A DNA stretch of 64,000 nucleotides from Magallana gigas. Taxonomy: Eukaryota. The DNA is taken from positions 46,996,001 through 47,060,000 of the forward strand of contig NC_088853.1 in assembly GCF_963853765.1 (NCBI RefSeq), read 5' to 3'. Positions 12,720 through 25,034 of this stretch are shown here, piece after piece; the stretch's first letter is position 1; each line of letters begins with the position of its first letter. A program made the position numbers and the translations under genes. The notes under the pieces are model-generated. The model ran no database searches, was not told the DNA's origin, and saw only the letters and a program-made list of their open reading frames with translations.

Positions 12720-13512
12720 TAAATATGGCATTTCTTGGGGTTTTTTGTGGATGCAAGTTTTTGCATTTTGATTCCAAACTTAGTAATTCTATTTATTGCA
12801 ATTTCATAAATGACAATATAATATTACTTTTGGTGACTGAATTATATGAATTTAAGTTGATACCGGAAAAATGAACAAACAATTAGCACCATGCAGAAAA
12901 TTCCAGCAAATTAGGCATTATTTAATTATAAGCAATATTTTGTATATGGAAACAAATGATCCACAGTATGCGGTTATCTGTGATATTGCTGTTTTAATGT
13001 TACTGTTTATTTTACATAAGTCAACTTTATCTGAATATGTTCCATGTGTTAAATGTATATCTTGAATGTTTATTTCAAAATAAATCATTCATCTTTGAAC
13101 AAATTAAATATTATCCTATATTAAGTATTGGTTTATCATGATTACAATTTGGGATGTCAAGTAATCCATGAGTTAATAATTTATCCACATATTACACCTT
13201 TTTCTTCGCGGCCATTAATTTATATATGAATAACAACAAGGTACTCACGGTCGTTCTTTTAAATCGGCCATAATTTTCTATATGGATTTCTTTTGAGGTG
13301 TCTCCGTTCTTCAATTTCTAATTTTTATGTGTATACATATTCATGTACTTGCGCATCACCTAACTGAATATTATTCCAAATACTTCTTCGTTTTCAGTCT
13401 ATTTCTTGTAATCGAATATGATTGATAACCTGCTCGCCAAAAAAAAACCAAACAAAAAACGTCAAGCAATGTTGGACAGGGGGTGATTTGATAATATTTT
13501 TCAGAATCCTTA

Positions 13513-14001
13513 TGCCCCAGTCACACACTCACGGATCAACTCCTAGGTTCTACTACGGAATATTTTCCACGGTTGACACCGGAAAATCAAATGATACGGA
13601 GTTAGTACGGATGCACTACGGAATGGATACAAATTGATACATACGAACTACTACGGATTTATACGGAGTTAAAACGGACTTCTACGTTCTAAAACGGTTT
13701 AGTAAGTTTTTCTAAGGAAGTACTACGGTGGTTTCATCCATAGTGGAATTTTGAACATGTTCAAAAATTGTCGCAGCTATACAATTTTCAATCTAAAGTT
13801 GAAAGTGATTACATGAAAAATTAATTTGTCATGTAATCATTTTCAACTTTAGATTGAAAATTAATAAAAGACACAAGTATTGCTACGTTTGGATACGATA
13901 ACAGACGGAAAAGCCACGGGTCAATACATATCGCCACGAATGATTCCGGATCGCTTCCGTAGCTAATCCGGCATTTAATCCGTGAATGTGTGACTGGGGC
14001 A
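13513..14001. mobile_element. PIF/Harbinger-type MITE (489 bp)
   Basis: TTA|TGCCCCAGTCACACACTCACGGAT ... ATCCGTGAATGTGTGACTGGGGCA|TTA: 24-bp TIR with one mismatch and a 3-bp TTA TSD. Confidence 0.85.
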
Positions 14002-17000
14002 TTAAGTATACGTGTGTCTATTTCGAACACTTCACAGATTGCACCTATATGTACATAATCATTGCAAGATTGTTCTCATAAGTTTCAAAGGTTATAATTA
14101 AAGGTTTTTATCACCAGCATCATACATTGTCAAGAATAAAATGCCTATAAAACTGTTATTAGACCCCTATTTATGTTTAGCCAATAATTGATTTTCTTGA
14201 AAGATGCAAGATATTTGTGGTATTTGTAACAATATAAGCGACCTGGTATCGTATTAAACCTTTGAAAGATCTGCATAGCATGTTCGGAGTAAAACCTTCT
14301 AAAACTATTCTGTTTGAAAAACATTGAGCTGCATTAGATTGCATTTTTATTAGATAACAAAAACATTTGATAAAAAAAGAAGTCGATTTTTAAAATTTAC
14401 CGGATTCAATGATTTGTTATCGTTCAATGATATGTTAGATATTCAAATACTAATTATTTGGTAAATGAAGAAACATAACAGAGTGATCTGAGTTAAAAAC
14501 TTTACATACATGTATTAGAGATCAGAATGTTATATGATGTGTGCACCGCTTCCAAGCTGAATAAGATTGGTGAAGGTGCGTGCCGTGTTAAGGCTCGGCG
14601 TACACATTTCCGCATGGAACCGGACACAAACTTAATTGTTACGTAATTATATACTTAACATCATCATCATTTGAATTGCTCTTTTGGGTGATAGCTCTTT
14701 AGATAAATATAAAAATTCATGCAAGTTTAATAGGGCGGAATTGCGGTACTCAAAGTGTATGAATGGATGTGTACTTTTCTAATATAACAGTTGTTTATAA
14801 AAGCCAATTGAAAACGAGTTCTCGTTTCTGGAAAAAGAATCAGGAAATTGGGGAGAAAATGGTAGTAACTGTTTCAAAGAAAATGTTGGACCATGTCGTA
14901 ACACTGGTAGAACCCATGGATGGGAAAAGTCCCGGTAAAATTACCTACGTAACACGTAATGAATGTAAAAATGGCCGTAACTATATTATTACATAATTAG
15001 AACGTCAAATTAATCAATGATACATATCAAGGATATGATCATCTTGAATGTTATGAGGGAATTGTCAAGTTTTAGAAATGAAGCATCGAATTTGAAAGGG
15101 GGCGTACCTACTGGTATAAATTACTTTAATGCCATTTTATTGATTAACAGCATAATTTTTTACATGCTCCCAAAACGGGGGGGGGGGGGGGGGGGGCAGC
15201 TCCTTTAAATTCGCAAAATTTAGAGAATGTGAGGGGGGGGGGGGGTCCTTTCTCCCGGTGCGGTGCCACATGTACGTGCCTGCTGGAAATGTTCATTATT
15301 GTTTTATTTTTACAATTTATTGTTACAAAGTTTACAAGATTTGCTTTTGATAACTTTAAATTTTTGTTCTGATTTTTTCTAATATGAAAGAGAGAACATC
15401 TATATAAAATAATATCAACCTTGAAGAGTGGGTTGTTTAACACAAGAGACACAAACTGTATAGCGTTACTTTAAATGAAAATAAAATTCAGGAGACCGAC
15501 TTATTTTGATTTTTTAAACTACAATAGAAAAATTCTTTAATCTTAAACAGTGTGTAAAATACACCGACCCTACTGTTCATGCTAAGTTGTATGAAAATCT
15601 GTCGTCTTAAAATTTTAGGGATCCATTTCATAATACACATACATTTGTTGCAGGATTATTGAGCAAAAAAGGGCTACTTTTTGCACTTTGTATTAGATTA
15701 TTAACTTAAAGGTAGCTCGCAGGTTTGCTGACATCACAATAGGAATCTCGACCTAGAAAGTTGACCGTCTTTGCAAAGTCATACAATTAAATTTTTAAAA
15801 AAATACAGACGATTTTAGCAACATAAAATATTTCAAAAAGCATTCAATGCAGTTTACAATAATATTTTTCAAGTGATGAAAATTAAAGGCGTGAAATATA
15901 AGGCCATTGAAATATCACTAATTTTACAATGAAAACTTTAACTTTGATTAATATTTACCATCTATTACTTATCAAAAGATTAAAAAAGAAAAGAAAATCG
16001 TAACCTAATTATCAAATATGATAAATTTATTTTGTCAATAGTTTTGTGGCAATTGTTTCTGCATTAATTGAGTTTCATGAGAAAAACAATTTCTTCTCAG
16101 CACAACCTTACATTGATTGCAATCCTTATATTCGATATCATTTTTAAGATTCATGATATTTACATCTCCTAATATGTTTGGCTATATAGTTAATAAACAA
16201 AATTGTCGTTTTGTGGTTCTCAGACGTAAAAAAAAAAAAAAAAAAAAAACTTCTGCAGCGTAACGTCATATTAAAAAAAAAATACAAGGCTTTTTAAAAT
16301 CCTTTAAAACTTTGATTTCATTCTGCAAAAATTTTGCCGAAAACATATATCAACAAATTTTGATGAATTGGTTCGAAATATTTTTCTGTTATTGTGGTAA
16401 AATTTAATTCGTCTGGTTAGTTTATGAAACAGTGGCATATTTTCGAAATGTGTTTACTGACTAAAATTTGCATGTTACGTACTATATATTTCATTGAAAT
16501 GGCGTTGCTTGATTTGATAAACAATGCGTTGATTTTAGCATGGTAACATCACAACCACGCAGACGAATCTCAAATAAATTTCAGAAATAAAACTTTGAAA
16601 CTAATGAATCAAGCACACAAATTTTCAGGATAGGTTTCTCACAAACTGGTTTTTTCGCACTTTGCAGCAGATTGTTAAAATACATGTACTACAACACTTG
16701 TTTCTCTCAAATTGAACTATGTGATGTGTAATACCATACTCTACCTAATATATTCTACCAACTGTCAAAAGGGATCATCTAAAAATAAAAAGATGCTTCG
16801 GATTTTCCTGTATACGTATTTGGAGTTATACAAAAATAAACTGGCGTGAAAGATTTTTTTCTTAAAATAGAAAAAAATACTCCGAGAGAAGCATATTTCT
16901 GTGTGTTAGATGTTCTCGGCTTACCCCAAGCTTTTGTTAAGATCCATTCGTACTGAGTCGTTGTGCCATAAACCCACAAAACCAACGCTCCATTACCAAA

Positions 17001-17181
17001 CATCATTAAAAAATAAAATTTTCTTTAAAAATGGCGGGGTTGTAGGTGTGGGAGATGTGAAACTGGTTATGGAGAGGTCTCGCTCTTAGTTATAACTTAT
17101 ATTTTTTTCATATAAGCGACAGTCGTAGATAATCGGGCTATGGTATACAATATAAGGAAAGGAAGAGCGATAAAGTGTATC

Positions 17182-18022
17182 GACGGACGCTATAAACGGA
17201 CAATACAGACAGGTGTTTCAGACGGACGCTTTAGACAAGGCATTAGAGACGGACGTTTTAAACAGGCATTAGAGACGGACGTAATAGACAGGCATTAAAG
17301 GACGGGCGTTTTAGACAGACAGTACAAACGGACGTTTTAGAAAGGCATTAGAGATGGACGTTATAGACAGGCATTAGAGACGGACGTTATTGACAGGCAA
17401 TAGAGATGGACGTTTTAGACAGGCATTAGAGACGGACGTTATTGACAGGCAATAGAGACGGACGTTATAGACATACAGTACAAACGGACGTTTTGTAAAG
17501 GCATTAGAGACGGACGTTATAGACAGGCATTAGAGACAGATGTTATAGACAGGCATTGGAGACGGACGTTTTAGACAGGCATTAGAGACGGACGATTTAG
17601 ACTGGCAATAGAGACGGACGTTTTAGACATACAGTACAAACGGACGTTTTGTAAAGGCATTAGAAACGGACGCTTTAGGCAGGCATTAGAGACGGACGTT
17701 ATAGACAGGCATTAGAGACGGACGTTATAAACGGGCATTAGAGACGGAAGTTATAGACGGGCATTAGAGACGGACGTTATAGACAGGCATTAGAGACGGA
17801 CGTTATAGACAAGCATTAGAGACGGATGTTATAGACAGGCATTAGAGACGGACGTTATAGACAGGCATTAGAGACGGACGTTATAGACAGGCATTAGAGA
17901 CGGACGTTATAGACAGGCATTAGAGACGGACGTTATAGACAAGCATAAGAGACGGACGTTTTAGACAGGCATTAGAGACGGACGTTATAGACAGGCATTA
18001 GAAACGGACGATATATACAGGC
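17182..18022 (+). repeat. 26-bp satellite array, copy 1
   Basis: Unit TTAGAGACGGACGTTATAGACAGGCA, about 30 units with variants. Confidence 0.95.
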
Positions 18023-19026
18023 GATTCAGAAAGACATTAGAAACAGACGTTATAGATGTGTGTTACAGACAGACTTGGCACACAGATACAGACACGTGCT
18101 AAAGACGAAAATTACAGGCAGACGGACGTTTTTAGACGGAAATTTCAGATTGGTGCTGCAGACAGACATTACAGACCGGTGCTTAAATTGATGTAAGCTA
18201 ATGGTAGCTTCACATGGACGTTACAGATGGATGATATCAAAACAATCATTTAAGAAATTCGACTAAGGGTGATTTAACATATTTCACAAACTATTCTTAA
18301 TTTAAAGCAGAGATATATGAGAATTATCGATTTCAAATTTGAGGGCAATACACCCCCTTAACGACGGGCTGAGACAGAGAAATATCAGCCCCGAGGGTGA
18401 TACAGCCCTAGCTTCCAGTTGCTATCTCACCTAGTCCAAAAACACGTGTATCAGGGCTGATACACTACTAGGTATATGATATAGATGGATGATATAAAAA
18501 TAATCATTTAAGAAATTCGACTAAGGGTGATTTAACATATTTTATTGAATATTTTTAAAGTGGATTAGAATGGAGGAACAGCCTATACATGTCCTCTCCT
18601 CGTATATGGTCATAGTAATTAATGAGTATATATTTTATGACATTCCGATTGTACACATGTAATTGATTAATATCAGAATACACTTTAAGTATGTTCTAGG
18701 TACATGTAGTTGTGTTGTTGAGCTTCATGTATATGTATTTTTTCAGAATTATGATTAAATAATCACAGATTTTTGTAAACTATTGATATTGCTCAGAACT
18801 GTAATGCGATTTCAACATGTTTTAACAATTTTTTGAAGTCTTCTGTTAAAATTGAAAGCATTTAGAAAAACACATCACTATCAAGCAGTGCACTGAATGC
18901 TGAGCTAACTGGGAGAGTTCATAATCAATTTTATCTATCAAGTTCTACTTCCTGAGTACGCGGCTGATCACTTCCTTCCATGAAGGTCTTTGTTTGTCGT
19001 GTTCTGTACTCTCTCTCTCCTCTCTC

Positions 19027-19061
<35 letters not shown>

Positions 19062-22000
19062 TAGTCATCTGTTTGTAAATAAACGTTATAAAAGATTTTA
19101 TCTGGTAACTGTAGATTAAAATATTAATACATCTGTACACTTTAATAAACGACCATTAAAAGTAAAAAAGAATTCGTGAAACTATAATTATGAGATAAAC
19201 TTTGTTTCACATTCGTTAATTCAGACGAAATTCAGACGAAAATAATATTTAAATGTCATATTCATAAATCATATCTAACATAGGTGAACGATTGACGTAA
19301 CGATCGTTTACTATAGTTGTTATAATGATATGCTATTATTTACATCAATCAAACATAGTTTATGGCCATAAACTATAATTTACATACGTGAATGCCAAAC
19401 AAATGTTTACAGCAATTATATAGAGTATGGATACATGATTGTATAAAAGCTGTTAAATGTAATCTAATATGCTTTGATTTTTAATTGAAACTATTTTGGA
19501 ACGTATTCATAAGATAGAGCAATTATTTTCGCACAAAACGATTAGATCGTAAGCTAAACTTTAGGATTGTGAAATTTTTTCGCAAAATTGTTTGTCTCCC
19601 ACACAAACACTAGATTTTGTGTTAACTGTTAATTTCAAATGCAAAACTGCTTCCAACACATTTTGTGAATACGGACCATAAATGTTTATAAATTATATAT
19701 TTTAAACCGTATATTTTACTTAACATCTGCTAACAATATATATTTTTTTTCGAATTGGATCGTGAACTAACTACACGTTTAATTATGAGATAATGTTTTG
19801 GAGTCGTAAATGTTGTTTTACGCTTTTTGTTTAAGAACTTAAGTGATGTGTGAAATAAAGTAAATAGCATTCTCTGTGGTTTAATATAGATGTGCAGTGT
19901 ATATTTGGGCGGTAACTATTGTTCACCGCCCGAGAGTTTACAGTGGATAATACTAGTTGTCATATGTGAAACTATAAGGCTAGGTCCATTATGTGAATAT
20001 GACAATCATTTTTATTCAAAATATTTTGACAAATTGTAATAGTGACAGGCAATAGAGATGGACGTTTTAGACAGGCATTAGAGACGGACGTTATTGACAG
20101 GCATTAGAGACGGACGTTATTGACAGGCAATAGAGACGGACGTTATAGACATACAGTACAAACGGACGTTTTGTAAAGGCATTAGAGACGGACGTTATAG
20201 ACAGGCATTAGAGACAGACGTTATTGACAGGCAATAGAGACGGACGTTATAGACATACAGTACAAACGGACGTTTTGTAAAGGCATTAGAGACGGACGTT
20301 ATAGACAGGCATTAGAGACAGATGTTATAGACAGGCATTAGAGACGGACGATTTAGACAGGCAATAGAGACGGACGTTTTAGACATACAGTACAAACGGA
20401 CGTTTTGTAAAGGCATTAGAGACGGACGCTTTAGGCAGGCATTAGAGACGGACGTTATAGACAGGCATTAGAGACGGACGTTATAGACGGGCATTAGAGA
20501 CGGAAGTTATAGACGGGCATTAGAGACGGACGTTATAGACAGGCATTAGAGACGGACGTTATAGACAAGCATTAGAGACGGATGTTATAGACAGGCATTA
20601 GAGACGGACGTTATAGACAGGCATTAGAGACGGACGTTATAGACAGGCATTAGAGACGGACGTTATAGACAAGCATAAGAGACGGACGTTTTAGACAGGA
20701 ATTAGAGACGGACGTTATAGACAGGCATTAGAAACGGACGATATATACAGGCGATTCAGAAAAACATTAGAAACAGACGTTATAGATGTGTGTTACAGAC
20801 AGACTTGGCACACAGATACAGACACGTGCTAAAGACGAAAATTACAGGCAGACGGACGTTTTTAGACGGAAATTTCAGATTGGTGCTGCAGACAGACATT
20901 ACAGACCGGTACTTAAATTGATGTAAGCTAATGGTAGCTTCACATGGACGTTACAGATGGATGATATCAAAACAATCATTTAAGAAATTCGACTAAGGGT
21001 GATTTAACATATTTCACAAACTATTCTTAATTTAAAGCAGAGATATATGAGAATTATCGATTTCAAATTTGAGGGCAATACACCCCCTTAACGACGGGCT
21101 GAGACAGAGAAATATCAGCCCCGAGGGTGATACAGCCCTAGCTTCCAGTTGCTATCTCACCTAGTCCAAAAACACGTGTATCAGGGCTGATACACTACTA
21201 GGTATATGATATAGATGGATGATATAAAAATAATCATTTAAGAAATTCGACTAAGGGTGATTTAACATATTTTATTGAATATTTTTAAAGTGGATTAGAA
21301 TGGAGGAACAGCCTATACATGTCCTCTCCTCGTATATGGTCATAGTAATTAATGAGTATATATTTTATGACATTCCGATTGTACACATGTAATTGATTAA
21401 TATCAGAATACACCTTAAGTATGTTCTAGGTACATGTAGTTGTGTTGTTGAGCTTCATGTATATGTATTTTTTCAGAATTATGATTAAATAATCCCAAAT
21501 TTTTTAAACTATTGATATTGCTCAGAACTGTAATGCAATTCCAACATGTTTTAACAATTTTTAAGTCTTCTGTTAAAATTGAAAGCGTTTAGAAAAACAC
21601 ATCACTATCAAGCAGTGCACTGAATGCTGAGCTAACTGGGAGAGTTCATAATCAGTTTCATCTATCGAGTTCTACTTCCTGAGTACGCGGCTGACTTCCT
21701 TCCATGAATGTCTTTGTTTGTCGTGTCCTGTTCGCTTTCTCTTAGTCATCTGTCTGTAAATAAACGTTATAAAAGATTTTTTCTGGTAACTATAGATTAA
21801 AATATTAATACATCTGTACACTTTAATAAACGACCATTAAAAGTAAAAAAGAATTCGTGAAACTATAATTATGAGATAAACTTTGTTTCACATTCGTTAA
21901 TTCAGACGAAATTCAGACGAAAATAATATTTAAATGTCATATTCATAAATCATATCTAACATAGGTGAACGATTGACGTAACGATCGTTTACTATAGTTG

Positions 22001-22720
22001 TTATAATGATATGCTATTATTTACATCAATCAAACATAGTATATGGCCATAAACTATAATTTACATACGTGAATGCCAAACAAATGTTTACAGCAATTAT
22101 ATAGAGTATGGATACATGATTGTATAAAAGCTGTTAAATGTAATCTAATATGCTTTGATTTTTAATTGAAACTATTTTGGAACGTATTCATAAGATAGAG
22201 CAATTATTTTCGCACAAAACGATTAGATCGTAAGCTAAACTTTAGGATTGTGAAATTTTTTCGCAAAATTGTTTGTCTCCCACACAAACACTAGATTTTG
22301 TGTTAACTGTTAATTTCAAATGCAAAACTGCTTCCAACACATTTTGTGAATACGGACCATAAATGTTTATAAATTATATTTTTTAAACCGTATATTTTAC
22401 TTAACATCTGCTAACAATATATATTTTTTTTCGAATTGGATCGTGAACTAACTACACGTGTAATTATGAGATAATGTTTTGGAGTCGTAAATGTTGTTTT
22501 ACGCTTTTTGTTTAAGAACTTAAGTGATGTGTGAAATAAAGTAAATAGCATTCTCTGTGGTTTAATATAGATGTGCAGTGTATATTTGGGCGGTAACTAT
22601 TGTTCACCGCCCGAGAGTTTACAGTGGATAATACTAGTTGTCATATGTGAAACTATAAGGCTAGGTCCATTATGTGAATATGACAATCATTTTTATTCAA
22701 AATATTTTGACAAATTGTAA
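17391..22720 (+). repeat. Tandem segmental duplication of ~2.7 kb (17391..20039 and 20043..22720)
   Basis: Near-identical array variants and unique sequence at an offset of 2730 bp, falling to 2681 bp after a (CT)n length difference. Confidence 0.95.
20043..20752 (+). repeat. 26-bp satellite array, copy 2
   Basis: Same unit and same order of variant units as 17391..18022. Confidence 0.95.
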
Positions 22721-22871
22721 AAATTATGAAACATATAATTTTTACACAAAACCCGTAAAATTCATTGTACGTAAAAATCGTATTAATTTATTCGATTCTA
22801 TAAAACAAAATAATTTATTACAACACTGGAAATTCAACGCTTTTTAAATTAAGACAACCATAGATAAACGT

Positions 22872-23319
22872 GTATATAGGTTTGTAAACATCTAATCCCG
22901 TATAGAGGTTTGTAAACATCTAATCCCGTATAGAGGTTTGTAAACATCTAATCCCGTATAGAGGTTTGTAAACATCTAATCCCGTATAGAGGTTTGTATA
23001 CATCTAATCCCGTATAGAGGTTTGTAAACATCTAATCCCGTATAGAGGTTTGTAAACATCTAATCCCGTATATAGGTTTGTATACATCTAATCCCGTATA
23101 GAGGTTTGTATACATCTAATCCCGTATAGAGGTTTGTAAACATCTAATCCCGTATAGAGGTTTGTAAACATCTAATCCCGTATATAGGTTTGTAAACATC
23201 TAATCCCGTATAGAGGTTTGTATACATCTAATCCCGTATAGAGGTTTGTAAACATCTAATCCCGTATAGAGGTTTGTTAACATCTAATCCCGTATTGAGG
23301 TTTGTAAACATCTAATCCC
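22872..23319 (+). repeat. 28-bp minisatellite, 16 copies
   Basis: GTATAGAGGTTTGTAAACATCTAATCCC x16 (448 bp), with few variants. Confidence 0.97.
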
Positions 23320-23716
23320 GTATCATACTATATGCGTGTTCTCCATTTATTACTGGTCTCTGAAGTTTATCTGAGCAGAAAAAACCCACCGGAAGCTCTA
23401 CGTCACCAGGAACTAAATTGTAGTCTCTACTTAAATTCGGACTTAACCGCATTACATTGAATCGTTTGCTTTCACTTCTACATTCTTTTTCAGGATCGGT
23501 CTCGCATTCGGCTCCTAAGAGTTTCTCTGCTTTGTAAATTACGTTCGGTATCCTGTTCGAATCAACATCCGGTATCCATTTCCATGGACACAAACAACTT
23601 CCGGTCAGTAGAGGACAACGGTTTGCTTCCTCGATAAGAACGTTAAAGGTGTTTGACATGGGGAAGGTGACAGTATGAGATCGCTGATTTGCTGAAACAA
23701 CAGGATTGCTGTCCAC
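23312..23716 (-). pseudogene. Possible LINE ORF1 N-terminal remnant
   Basis: 134-codon ORF containing FPMSNTFNVL, reminiscent of the SNRFxVL motif of CR1/L2 ORF1 linkers. No other support. Confidence 0.2.
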
Positions 23717-23800
23717 GTAAACACCTCCAGCAAAACAAAATAAAAGATATACAGCAAGGAAGTGTGTCTGAAAAAAAATAACATCAGATATTTATTTCAT

Positions 23801-24150
23801 TTTGTTATACTTTCATGTTAAATACTGAAATCTGATTGGTTTAGACGCAGTTGATAATCCGTTCTATTACCCTCAGCGTTAGAAACACAACGAATTGTTA
23901 CATGCGCGTAAATTATGCGCGTACGGTTCGCCGTGGAATTCACGTCATTTTATGTAAAAGCAGTAAAAAAAAATCTATAAAATTAAGACATTCAGTATAA
24001 TAAAATAAATAGTGCCTGTTTGAGAGGATAACAGTTGAAATTGAAACCCCTTGAAAACCATTGTCAACCTCCGCTTCGCGTCGGTTGACAATGGTTTCCT
24101 TGGGGTGTCAATTTCAACTGTTACCCTCCCAAACAGGCACTATTTATATA
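23801..24150 (+). mobile_element. Non-autonomous element ending in a 65-bp-arm hairpin (possibly Crypton-like)
   Basis: Arms at 24005..24069 and 24083..24147 around the loop TCCGCTTCGCGTC. The 5' part is shared with 1..135. Confidence 0.65.
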
Positions 24151-25034
24151 ATAATGATCATTTAATATTCCTCGTAAGGCTGAATAGATTATATCAACTG
24201 AAAAAATTATCACAAGAGTCAGGATTTTGTTTACTGGTTGTTCATTTTAACCCATTATATTAAGTATTTTTGTTCAAATCATTTAAACACATACGCAGTT
24301 CAGCATTCCTTTTCTGAGACATTATAATATTGCATCTTTGGTATTCTCTTAATCAATAGCATAAAATATTGACATTGTTTAAATTTTAGACAAAATTTGA
24401 TGAGCAAAGCTTTTCAGTATATCATGGGATAGAAATATTTGTTGACACCCCCCCCCCCCCCCTCCCCGAACGTGGTCATGTCGGGATGTGGATGAAGAAT
24501 ATCTATTCAGATTGAGTAGACTTGTACGTCAAATAATTGGACAGTTCAAGAGCAAATAGGAGATCGTTTTTCATTGAGCTATAACACTATAATTATATTA
24601 TGTTCCAGTCAGAAGTATAAAGGATCTGGTGATACAAACTTTGATTGTGTATCGTGGATTACTTACATTCATGATGTCCAATCTTTCACAAGATTCTTAA
24701 AGAGTATAGTTTTGGTTGGTTTAGTAGTTGGTGTCTACTGACTGGCTTCTGCTTATATAGGTGTACGTTAAGATGATTTTGGGCTTTGGAAATTTTATTT
24801 ATCAATGGATCTTGTGTTCCCAGAAATGTTCTTAAAATAGTAGGTATGCATAGGAAGGACTGACCTGTGTTTATCTTGTACATCATCTGTGTATTCTCAA
24901 CAGGATGGAAATAAACTCTTAGTAAACAAGCACTTAATTCCCTACAATGGAAACCCCAGTCTGCATGGTGATTCAATAAAGAAAGAAAGAAAAGATCGTG
25001 TTTCGAGATACAGTTCGTTTTGGCTTTTCGAAAC

